Assembly (NCBI RefSeq): GCF_032062105.1
Contig: NW_026938004.1
Coordinates: forward strand, 1 to 64,000
Source of the DNA: Saccostrea cucullata
Lineage: Eukaryota
Direction: 5' to 3'
Length of the DNA: 64,000 nucleotides
Position numbers and translations under genes: made by a program. The stretch's first letter is position 1, and each line of letters starts with the position of its first letter. Below are positions 1-11,094 of the stretch, one piece after another. The notes below the pieces were generated by a model, which did no database searches, was not told the origin of the DNA, and saw only the letters and a list, made by a program, of their open reading frames with translations.

Positions 1-187
1 CTGTATCTAATATCTTTACGATTTTCTTTTCTTTTTTTTTTATTATTTTCTTTCTGAAACATTTTATTATTCCCTCACAATGTAATTAGAGGGTGACATA
101 ATTTGCAGCGCAATCGACACATCCTTTGGGAGGGAATACTCCTTCTTGAGGTGATCTTGTTTATTAAGTCAATAAATTAATTTTTAG

Positions 188-372
188 GAGTTTGTGAGAA
201 ATACCAACTTGAAGGTGAACACTGTAGTGTGTTTGACAAACTCAACGGCCATTGCAGTTGTGGTGCTGGTCTAACATGCGCATTCGTTCCCGACCCCACG
301 ACGATACAAACCAAGCGATCGATGATAGCGCCCTCTGTCCCAGGGTCCTACCGGTGTACACCTACAGTTTGA
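188..372 (+). CDS. Last exon of prokineticin/colipase-fold secreted protein gene 1 (type A; 5' exons lie upstream of the window)
   Basis: AG acceptor at 186-187. Phase-1 exon reads (G)VCEKYQLEGEHCSVFDKLNGHCSCGAGLTCAFVPDPTTIQTKRSMIAPSVPGSYRCTPTV*. Paralogous to the last exons at 3715, 6208 and 9264. AATAAA at 395-400. Confidence 0.85.
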
Positions 373-1178
373 ATGATATAAAAATGTTCTGTCAAATAAA
401 TGAGACTTATTATTTTTATTTTATGACATAAACACACAAAAAGATGAATAAAAGAAACTCGATCTTTAATCTCTCAAAATGCATATATTACTGACATATA
501 CTCCATACTTCTATAAGCCAAAAATTTAGATACACTGTAGCTTGGTTTTTACACATAACCATCCTCTAATATATGTAAACATGATAATTGTTCATTTGTT
601 TGTGTGCACAAGGCATTCTACTTTTAAGCACGGTAAAATTGCTACTGGAGTATTCGAAGTTAGCTAAAACTGTAGCAAGATACTGCTGAGCTTAAGTCGA
701 AGGATCACGCGAAGAATACTTGTTACGTGTAAATTTCTATATGATCAACAATTACTTCTACAATATAAAAATGAACAAAAGTTCCCTTTACTTGTGTGCA
801 GCATCTAGACAAGTTTCAAATCCTCTACCTTTCACCAATGCAACAAAGTCTAGAAAACCTCCAGGGGTGAATCCCTTTGTGTTTCTGATTTCATGAATTC
901 TTTGACTTTGACGAAAATTAATCAAGTCTCTATCTTTTTCATCATTTTATCAAACATATCAAATGTTTTTCATGAAAACAAGCGCAAGCTTTAGTTGGCG
1001 TGAGTTCGGGATCATAAAGGCAAATATGACTAACAATTGGAACAATGTCAGTCTTTCTCTTGACATATTTACCATGAAAAAAAAACTTGTGATATTGTTT
1101 GGGAGCTTGCTAAATAGCGATTGAGCACAATCAAATTATTATGATTCATTACTCAGCAGATCTGACAAAACATGTTCC

Positions 1179-1505
1179 CTAACAAAAAAATACTATAATA
1201 GTTAACTATAGTTTACGATAGTTAACTATAGTGAACACTTTGACACTATGACAACTTTAATTTACTATAGTGAACACTTTGACACTTTGATTTAATATAG
1301 TGATACCTATGAAAACTTTGATTTACCATGGTGATCACTATGGAAACCTTGATTTACTATGGAAAAACTTCGATTTACTGGTGATAACTTTGAAAACTTT
1401 GATTTACCATAGAGATAACTTTGACACTTAGATTTATTATAGTTAACTATAGTTAACTATAGTTAACTATAGTAAACTATAGTAAACTGTAGTATTTTTT
1501 GTTAG
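1179..1505. mobile_element. MITE with 17-bp terminal inverted repeats and internal short tandem/palindromic repeats
   Basis: CTAACAAAAAAATACTA at 1179 is the reverse complement of TAGTATTTTTTTGTTAG ending at 1505. The interior is built from TAGTTAACTA palindromes and ACTTTGATTTACYAT-like repeats. Confidence 0.75.
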
Positions 1506-2232
1506 AATTGACAGCACAGAGTGAGTCCAGGGCATTATTGTGATTGGTGTCATTGATGCCTTCTCCAGCGTTCTATCATCTGCAAGGTTTTGTCGCATAT
1601 TTTGGAATTCACACTTTTTCTGAAGCCTGTATACGTGAGAAATCGCCCCAGATCTCGATCAATCAATATTGAGGATTTACTAACTCCTTTTTAAAAAAGA
1701 ACAGCGACTAGTGCAATAGAGGACTGTTGTATGAATTTGACTCTTACTGGGAAGATATTTATTCTAAATACACGTCTGAATTTGCAGTTCTGTATCGGCA
1801 AGTGATGGTCCTCAATATGAGCTCTAGAAAGGAAGTAATACTAAGAAAAAAATATAGGTGACATTTTCAGTTAAGTAAGGTCAAATTAATTCATCATAGT
1901 ACCAAGAAAATGTAAATACTTTCATTGGCATACTGGTTTTTGATTTAGTTATAAAAAATAGATTCTGAAATATGCTGAATGAAAATGTTTCTGAATAGAA
2001 TTCAACATCCTTAAGCAATCTTACATTTACTTTTTTGAAAGTTTCATTTAAAGCAAAAATTATATTAGGTTGTCTGTTTTTTGTCTGTTTGATACTTTTT
2101 TGAGTATAAGTAAGATTGTATAAGTGCAATGCAGTTTCGTAAAATAGTATTTTATCAACTTCGTGAGAACCAAAATAAGGTTAAAACTCTTATCAGCCAA
2201 TTACAAGTTAAAGGTAAAACGCAGAAACTAAA

Positions 2233-3896
2233 ATGGTTAGATTATTTTTACATGTGCTGGTACTAATTGTTTTAACGGTTACAACATCGGTAAGTATTGT
2301 TTATATTAAGTTATGAACAAAAAAATTTTGATTTTAAAATTATGCTTCAAGTTAGCTCTTTTGTCAAATCAAAATTAAAATATATGATCAATTTTAAGAT
2401 GTTGTTTACATTGTCTAAAACACATTCCAGTTCAATTTAATTATCTTTATGATGTATTCTATAAAGTAAATATTCAAATCGTTAGTTCACATTAAAATAT
2501 TCATAAATCTGTTTAGAATTCCCATGGATACCAAAGGGTTCAAACAACCTTTTTTGTATTCATATGAAGTAGAATACCTTGGTATATTTAGCAACTTCTT
2601 CATGAGAACTAAAAAAAAAACACTTGTTGTGGCCTTCAACTCCACAGTTTACATGTATATATGACGTATTATTAATTCACAATTTTTAATTCCATTGATG
2701 TGTCGAATTGATATATCCAGGTGAGCTTGAAATAAAAGATACCATAGAGACTAATAAATCACAAATTTGTTTCATGTTGGAATATTTTACTAGAATTGAG
2801 AAGTTGTATTTTACTAGGAAATGGTAACTTTGCAACACTGCTTTCATGATAAAAGTGAAAACTTCAACTTTTCAATAGTCAGCTTTCTTAAGCTATGTAG
2901 CAATATACCCTTATCGTGTGCATATGGGTTTTATATGTTTCAGTAGATTCGATACGCAAGAGCAAGCTGAACAAGCTTTTGACAAACAAGTTAAAGAAAG
3001 AAGGATATCAACAGTCTAAATATAATGACCTTGTCAAAAAATATAACCTATCATTGAGTCGAAAGCTAATTTAAGTTTTTTATACTAATTGTCGGGATTA
3101 TTCTGGATTATGACAAGGAGCACACGGCAGGTGTGACCGGTAGGCAGGGGAAACTCACTACTTCATGGTACAAGATCCCATCTCTAATGTTTTTGAGATC
3201 CGAGTTTGCCCTTCTTCCGATTTGTGATGTTTGAATTTACTTTTGAGCTTGAATAATGTTTGTTATCTCCTTTTTCATCGAATGTTCTTTTTTTCTTACG
3301 TTCCTATATGTAATTCCAAAACATTACAATTGTAATCAAAAGCAATTAATCATATTATGATTTGTTTTCTTGATTCAATTTATTCGTATTTTTTTTTAGC
3401 TTGCGACAACATGTTTCACTGACGCTGAATGTATGCCAAATGTCGAGTGCTGTTTTCGTCATGAAGGCCCTATGATTGTTAGCAGACGACAGGCTCTAGG
3501 GTTACTGGGAACACATGAAGGTTAAAAATGTTGATTTCATTTATAAAGTAATGAAAAATGTTTCATTCATATTACATGTATATACTTGTATAAAAATATA
3601 ATGTAACTAAAATAAATTAAAAAAAATTACTGTAAACTTAAGCTAGGTTCAAATGTGTGCGAACTTAAACAAAGTTCCTTTGAGGTCTACTAAAATGTAA
3701 AATATGACTTTCAGGTGTTTGTGAGAAATATAAGGAACTTGGTGAAGGCTGCAGTCCCTTTGAGAAACTGAATGGCCATTGTAGCTGTGGACATGGCCTG
3801 ACTTGTCGGTTCGTCTCCGCTTCTACGACCCAAACTGTCAAACGGGGCTTTTACATGCCTGGTCCTGGCGCGTATCAATGTGCACCGTCAGTGTGA
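2233..3896 (+). CDS. Prokineticin/astakine-like (colipase-fold, 10 Cys) secreted protein gene 2 (type B), 119 aa
   Basis: Exons 2233-2289 (signal peptide MVRLFLHVLVLIVLTVTTS), 3400-3520 (LATTCFTDAECMPNVECCFRHEGPMIVSRRQALGLLGTHEG) and 3715-3896 (VCEKYKELGEGCSPFEKLNGHCSCGHGLTCRFVSASTTQTVKRGFYMPGPGAYQCAPSV*). GT-AG introns, phases 0 and 1. Cys spacing C-x5-C-x5-CC-..-C-x9-C-..-CxC-x5-C-..-C matches prokineticin/MIT1. Confidence 0.9.
2590..3280 (+). mobile_element. Degenerate Penelope-like element 3' fragment (RT C-terminus plus 3' motif) in intron 1 of gene 2
   Basis: Decayed YPGELEIKDT / SNIP..AYG..IRYARA coding, followed by the GGAGCACACGGC..GTGTGACCGG 3' motif. Homologous to 53790-55225. Confidence 0.75.
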
Positions 3897-4089
3897 ATCA
3901 TAAGTCAAAGAATTCAAAAATAAATAAAGTCAAGAAGCATTAAAAGCCTTAACACTTAAGCGAAATTTTTGAGAAATCGAGGATGCCTTAAATTTATATA
4001 TACAAAGATGTATTGCTAATAATTAAGTGCTTGCAAAGAACAATATTGTAAATTGATCAATTTTAACTAAAAAGGGTTAGTTCAGAGCG

Positions 4090-4475
4090 TATTCAGTTTT
4101 CAGAAGTGTAGCCCCACCCTGACCCCGGGAATTGAGATTTGAATAAAATCAAATGCACACTACGTAATGGAGCTTTCTCTAAATTCTCGTCTGGTCTTGT
4201 GGTTATTAAAAGAAATTTTGAAATGAAAAGGGTAAAAAAAAATGTCACGTTAATTATTTCTCCTGAAAGAGAAAGAGGTCCTTTACTTGAATAAATCTAA
4301 TTCCCATTCGCCCCAAAATGCTTTTTGGCAAGTTTGATTGAAATTAGTACAGTGGTTCCTAAGAAGAAGTCGAAAATATTACAAGTTTACGGGCGATACA
4401 TGACATACGACAGGCAAACACTGATTAATGTTTTATTAGAAAAGCAGCCTTTGACTCAAGTTTGTTAGAATAAAA
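4090..4475 (-). mobile_element. Degenerate HINE/Helentron-like fragment with Cg170-like sequence
   Basis: CAAGTTTGATTGAAATTAG..AGTGGTTC..AGAAGAAGTCGAAAAT..AAGTTTAC is the reverse complement of the 5' part of the elements at 39936 and 41039. Confidence 0.55.
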
Positions 4476-5417
4476 TATATATTTACTGATTCATATTACA
4501 ATATTTAAAAAAAATCACAATTCTATTGATTTTTTTTTCTTACCTCAATGTTATCAATGTTATCAATAGTATTTTGACTGAATACTAAGGAATGATTTTT
4601 TCGAAGATGTTTTATTATTTGAGTACCATCTATAAGCACAGAGGAAAACTTTTTTTTTTCATTTAGAGAAAATTATAGATAGCGACAAAGAATACATTTT
4701 AAAATTATCTATTTCATTTTTAACATGGGGCACATGTCACTTTTAACCAGAAAATAATCTTCAAAGACAACGATCTACCATCCACCCCCATTTAAATGAA
4801 GAAATATCGGTTAAAAGTACATGTACATGTATGCTTGGGCATTTATATACAGTATTTTTGCATTAAAAACACTAAATTTGCAGCACATTATTTTTTTCAA
4901 ACCCCCAAAAATTCTGATTTTTTTTGGTCTAAGAACAACTTAGAGTATCTTAATTTTAAATTCTGGACAAATGATACAAAAATATGGATGCCCGGATTAA
5001 TAGATATTTCTGGACCTATTTTTGTTGTAAATGGTGCAAATAATAAATTTCTAAAATATTAAGAAATTGTAAACGTTCTATGATGTTCAAAATTTTTCCT
5101 TTCTGCAATTATCCTTGTTAATCTATACATATATTTTCCACTGCAAATCCCATTATTAGGAAAATTTGAATTAAAACTTGTTCGTTTTACTCATTAAAAC
5201 ACGACTCAAGCTGTTATTTTCATTTTCCTTTTAATAAAAGTTTGTATCATCCGTCCATAAGAATGAAAGGTTATGTCCATGATGTATTACCTAAGCAGTA
5301 AGGAGTGCGTGAGAAAGGACTGATAATAGTACTCACTTCCTTGTATTCTTATCATCTAACAGTATTTAAATTCAGTTTTACAGGTATTGACTTATTCACT
5401 CTACTAACAAAGGTGAA

Positions 5418-6410
5418 ATGAGGGTCATATTGTTTGCATTGTTTTTAACGGGTGCCATTGCATCTACAACGGTAGGATATTCACCATATATAAATCTTGG
5501 GGGAGTGTGCTCCCGGTATTTGTTCTATCATATCATTATTAACATCAGTCTTAGTCTCCAGTATCAACCAATTGGCTCAAAATAAAAAAAAACAAGAATC
5601 CTAGTATGTTAGACGTTGGTAAATTAGATTTGGAAATAAGATTATCTATTTATGCGAATGTTAAGATGCCTAAAAAAACTTTTTTTTCCTCAGATCTATA
5701 CGACAACATACAATATGTAACACTTAACCTCAGTTCAAAATCATAATGTATATTATTCAAAATTAAATTTCAATTGAGAACTGATGTTTGAAATTTGATT
5801 TACAACAGACATCTTGAATTATTTAAGTGAAATGTTCAAACCATTGAACACTTTATTAAAGGCTAATTCAGTCATTAAGAATACAGGTTATTTTTTACAT
5901 TAACACATGTAGCCAGCAGGCAAGTGCTTCACAGAAGCTCAGTGCGGTGTTGGAGAATGTTGTTTTCGTCAAACAGGGCCTCTTATTGCCAGTAAACGAC
6001 AGAATCTGGACAATTTGTTCTCTACATCGCTAGGTATTCGAAACGATTATTTTATTATTTTTAACTTATTTAATGGATATTTATTAAAAATCTTGTAAAT
6101 GTCATGACTTTTTTTTGGAGGAAAAGATGAAGATTCCTTTAGACGCTATAAAAATAATTTTTTCTGTTGACATAAAAATTTATTTAAGGCTTTTGTTTAT
6201 TTTCTAGGAGTTTGTAAAAAATACCTTTTGGAAGGGCAACACTGCAATGTATTTGACCAATGGAATTATCACTGTAGTTGTGCCCCAGGATTGCGATGTG
6301 ATTACAAACTCCCTTCGACAACGACTACGTCATCACCCTTACAGTGGATGAGGGCGGCTCGAACACTTGCAGCATCTCCAGATTTATATAGATGTGTGCC
6401 CACAAAATAA
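5418..6410 (+). CDS. Prokineticin/astakine-like (colipase-fold) secreted protein gene 3 (type A)
   Basis: Exons 5418-5471 (MRVILFALFLTGAIASTT), 5913-6033 (PAGKCFTEAQCGVGECCFRQTGPLIASKRQNLDNLFSTSLG) and 6208-6410 (VCKKYLLEGQHCNVFDQWNYHCSCAPGLRCDYKLPSTTTTSSPLQWMRAARTLAASPDLYRCVPTK*). Same intron phases and 10 Cys as gene 2. Confidence 0.9.
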
Positions 6411-6484
6411 AATGTACTGTATAGAAAAACTAATGCATGTCCTTAAATTACTGTTCAAATACTATATAAAAATTTTTTTGGAGA

Positions 6485-6900
6485 CATAAACACCATTAGC
6501 AGTTGAAATTTATAAATAAGGAAAGTTGACGATGGAAAAGCCAAAGTCATCTCGTTTGTAATAAAATTAAGTTGTTAATTGGCCTTGTATCGTCTATTGT
6601 CAATAAACATCCAAATATGAAACAGATTTGCTTGACTCTGTGGTGTCTTTTATTCAGTTAAGTTCACTTGGATATGTCAAGTCCACTTACAAATGAAAAA
6701 TGATATTGTTTATTGATAAAACATCCCCGATATATCTGAATATCGAGTTGGAGGAGACAACAAGTGTTTTCTCTTCACATGAATTGGTTTTTAATAACTC
6801 TGCTTCACAAGAATATAAGAAAGTCAGAAAGTCAGTAAATAAAAGGAGCACAATTAGTGACCATGGGAATTACAACAGTCTGTTTTGATATGAACTTCAG
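6485..6900 (-). mobile_element. Degenerate Penelope-like RT fragment
   Basis: Aligns by eye with 54070-54430 (GAAAGTTGACGAT, CATCCAAATATGAAACAGAT, GACTCTGTGGTGTCTTTTAT). Confidence 0.7.
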
Positions 6901-7026
6901 AAATTTGTCTACAATTAGGGTGGTTTTAAACGAAGTGATTTTTCTGATGACCAATTACAATATCTGAATTTCTGCTTTCAGCTTATATAGAAGTATACAT
7001 CGGAATTCACAATATGTTAAAGACCA

Positions 7027-7247
7027 GGGGCCCGTTTTACAAAAACTTGTGACTAAGACCAAAATTTATTTCTGATTATATCTTTCTTATTTCTATTAAA
7101 TAGAAAATGGATTTACTCTTTTTAAAAGGTATATAGAAAGATACTTATATGCTAGCGATTCAAAACAAAATAATTAATTTTGCAAAATTTTACAATATAC
7201 TAAAGTTTTTTAGTCTTAGTAGTAAGTTCTTTTGTAAAACGGGCCCA
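7027..7247. mobile_element. MITE (possibly Harbinger-type)
   Basis: TIR GGGCCCGTTTTACAAAA..ACTT..GACTAAGAC at 7028, with reverse complement GTCTTAGTAGTAAGTTCTTTTGTAAAACGGGCCC ending at 7246. Confidence 0.7.
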
Positions 7248-7719
7248 AGGTCTCCGAAGATGAAATGAATGTCTTCAATTAGAAATTACATCAACGTCAG
7301 AGTATTTTGTGTAGAATCAATTAAAAAAAAAAACAAAATTATGTGGTTGAATACAAAAACTTCCAAGTTCCATTTTGAATGAAGAATCCTATTATTTATT
7401 GTAAAATATTATTTATTGTAAAAAACAAAAAAAAGGTCTTTCATATTGATACATGTATAGAATTTAAGAATAAGTTCTTGATGTTAGATTTTTACTTATT
7501 TTACAAATTCATTGTTTCACAGGACACTTATTGTCCTTTCATTGTACCACAACGGTCCTACAACTTAAGCACCTAATGTCCTTTGATAACTACACAAATT
7601 GGTTCCATGCAGTTTATATCCTATATACACAATACCTTGGTCCTTGAGTCACTGACGACACAAGTTCAGATACCGCCTTATCAGTTAAGTTCAATACATT
7701 GTAAAACGCAGAAAGAAAA

Positions 7720-9445
7720 ATGGAAAAATTATATTTACAAATTTTATTATTCTATTTAATTACTGTCTCAACATCGGTAAGTATAATGATTGTTGTGTAA
7801 TTGAAGTTTAAGATTTTAAATTATTTAAACTTTTATTCACTGGTCATTCTGGAATGTGTCTTATTATTCCTATCATGTTTTAACTCATTATGAACCAAAA
7901 GCCTGCTATTATTTTCTTTCGCTTTAAACGATCGAACATCTAACTTTTTGTGATCTTCTATTATCTGCAAAACTAAGTGCTTTAAAAAGAGAATATGATA
8001 TTTTTTCTCATTTGTCAAGGACAAGTTGATGTTAGAGTATATGATATTTTTCTCATTTGTCAAGGACAAGTTGATGTTGGAGTATGTGATATTTTTCTTA
8101 TTTGTCAAGGACAAGTTGATGTTAGAGTATATGATATTTATTCTCATTTTTCAAGGACAAGTTGATGTTGGAGTATATAATATTTTTTCTCATTTGTCAA
8201 GGACAAGTTGATGTTGGAGTATGTGATATTTTTCTCATTTTTCAAGGACAAGTTGATGTTAGAATATACCGGTATGATATATTTTCTCATTTGTCAAGGA
8301 CAAGTTGATGTTGGAGTATATGATATTTTTCTCATTTGTTAAGGACAAGTTGATGTTGGAGTATGTGATATTTTTCTCATTTGTCAAGAACAAGTTGATG
8401 TTGGAGTATGTGATATTTTTTCTCATTTGTCAAGGATAAGTTGATGTTAGAGTATATAATATTTTTCCTCATTTGTCAAGGACAAGTTGATGTTGGAGTA
8501 TGTGATATTTTTCTCATTTGTCAAGGACAAGTTGATGTTAGAGTATATGATATATTTTCTCATTTGTCAAGGACAAGTTGATGTTAGAGTATATGATATT
8601 TTTTCTCATTTGTCAAGGACAAGTTGATGTGGTAGTATATGATATTTTTTGTCATTTGTTTACCTATTTCCATAGTTTGCTACACGGTGCTATACCGATG
8701 CTGAATGTATGTCAGATGAGTGTTGTTTCCGCCATGAGGGCCCAATGATTGTGAGCAAAAGACAAGCTCTAGACTTACTTGGAACGCATCAAGGTATCCA
8801 AATCAAAATGCTCGTAATACTGGATAAAAATTATTTATTAAAGTAAAGAGTTTTCATTAATTATCACTTTGAAGACATTTAGCACTGTGGAAATAAATGG
8901 AATGGAAATTCACACTGGAGAACTCTTCATCAAATTGTGCTGAATAAAGAAATAAAAAGAATGGAAAGACTATAATAAATTGTGCCAAGCAATTTTTCAA
9001 GAAACTGAAACGTGATTTTAAAAGTAACATTTATTCTTCGTAAATATTAAAGTAAGTTCTTAATATCAAACTTAGAAAAGTATGTTTCATCTAATTTGTG
9101 GATTCCACTACTGTCATAGGCATTGTAATTTACATGGAATAACAATTAACAAACATAAAATTTATTTGCTATTTTTCTATCAACAACAGTAACCTGCATG
9201 TAACCAACACACGTGTAAGTTATGACATAATTCTAGCTCTTCAATGTAAAATTTTACTTCTAGGAGTATGTGAGAAGTACCAGGTACTCGGTGACAACTG
9301 TAGTCCCTTTGACAAGCTGAATGGTCACTGCAGCTGTGGACAAGGCCTAACCTGTCAGTTCGTCCCCGCTTCCAGCACTATGTCCGTCAAACGAAAACTT
9401 TACATGCCCGGACCAGGGGCTTACCAATGTGCACCAACTATATAA
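7720..9445 (+). CDS. Prokineticin/astakine-like (colipase-fold) secreted protein gene 4 (type B)
   Basis: Exons 7720-7776 (MEKLYLQILLFYLITVSTS), 8676-8793 (FATRCYTDAECMSDECCFRHEGPMIVSKRQALDLLGTHQG) and 9264-9445 (VCEKYQVLGDNCSPFDKLNGHCSCGQGLTCQFVPASSTMSVKRKLYMPGPGAYQCAPTI*). Close paralog of gene 2. Confidence 0.9.
7993..8659. repeat. Minisatellite, ~45-46-bp unit, 14 full copies plus a partial copy, in intron 1 of gene 4
   Basis: Unit ATRTGATATTTTTTCTCATTTGTCAAGGACAAGTTGATGTTRGAGT. The last partial copy runs into the polypyrimidine tract of the exon at 8676. Confidence 0.95.
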
Positions 9446-11094
9446 ATGTTTTTAAGTCTATTAATAAATAACTTAAAAAGTGAATGATATTTAAAATAGA
9501 ATACACTTGAAGATTTATCTTTCGAAATTTAGTTTTGCCTCTCTTGTCCCACATACTGTAAAGATAAGAACTAGCTAGTATACTACTTGTGGCCCAAACA
9601 TAGGCAACTTAATCGGTAAATATATCTTTTATACTAAATAGCAGAGAAGATGTCCTTTTAACCACCGATTCTATGGTCTCAAGGTTTTCTCAGATATCGA
9701 TCACATTTGTATAAACTACAAACATATGGAACATACGAGATACCCCCAAACCGTGATGTTTTCTCAGATCCAAACCTTTTAAAACCAAGAGAAGAGAATG
9801 TATCATAAGCAGTGAGTTTGCTGACTCATAATATAAAAGACTGTCGAAATTAACTTATGTTACATGTGTCCTTTCTGACATATTTTATTTTATCAAATAT
9901 AATCTGCATAGTCATGTTGCAGATTTTATTTGATGAGATAAAATATGTCAGAAAGGACACAATACTCTTACTGGCTTGCCATAGCTATGCCAGCTTTATG
10001 TAGGACAAGATCGTTAACTCTTTCTCTAGTTTGTCTCTTGCTTAATCTTTCTAATTTCAATAGCCATCTCACTCATCTTTGTCAGCCAATATATGTAGAT
10101 GGAACAAATGTCTATCTACTTTGTATGCTTTGATCAAAGAAATTTTTAAAAGAAATTTTCCTCATTTAAACAGATCCCTGTTCATCAAAGCCGTGTTGTC
10201 TTTGAACATTTTCCTTAGGGAATAAATGTTTTGTATTCTATGTTGAAAATAAAATAGAAGAGACCCGGCATTCTTATCCGTATACGACATATTTTCTCAA
10301 TGTCTAAATTATAACATTTTTTGTTTGCATTGATAAAAAAGCTCCGTCAATAATGTAATGGTTAAAAATTGAACAGCATAATATTCTTAAAAATTTAATT
10401 GAACATTCTACACTGCATGTAAATATGAAATCTGCGTTTTCCATTATCAAGTATACTTGTTTGTTTGGGTTACCTTCTTAACTTTGCACAAAATAAAAAA
10501 AATAAGTTGAGTCGATTTTAATTTTGAAAATTGTTTAATTTGTACATGGATTTTTTTAAAGTAATAATCAAAATACGAGTAATACTTCAAATTGCAAAGG
10601 ATGAACAGTTATATACCTTCCACAAAGCTCAATGCAACTATTAATAGTACTGCTGAAGAAAAAGAAATTAAAAAGTTTCATCCTATTTATTGGTAAATAA
10701 TTATGTGTCATTGATTTCATTAATCTGCATTTGAAGACTGGTGAGGTAAATCTCACGTAAACTAGCTTAATTAACTTGTTTTATTTGAAGCGTATCATTA
10801 AGCAGATGCTGATCGTTTATCCGATTTATTGATATGTTTATTGTTTCATACTATATTTTACAGGTGTATGAATCTGACTACAGAATAGTCCGTCTGTTTG
10901 ATCAATTTACAGGTCTCACCACGATCTTTTGAAAGGGGGAGGCACCTGACTCCATTTCTGAAATTTCCTTTCCGAATTGTTTGTCGTGTTCAGGTTTTTA
11001 ATGTTTGTAAATTGTTTTATATCGATATCTGATCGTTATTTTCGCCTTTTTCACTTATTCATGGCCCCTTATGCATGTAAACACACTTCAATAT

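Noticed and set aside
7833-8211. ORFs of 104 aa (-) and 61 aa (+) with internal peptide repeats
   Set aside because: Translations of the 45-bp intronic minisatellite.
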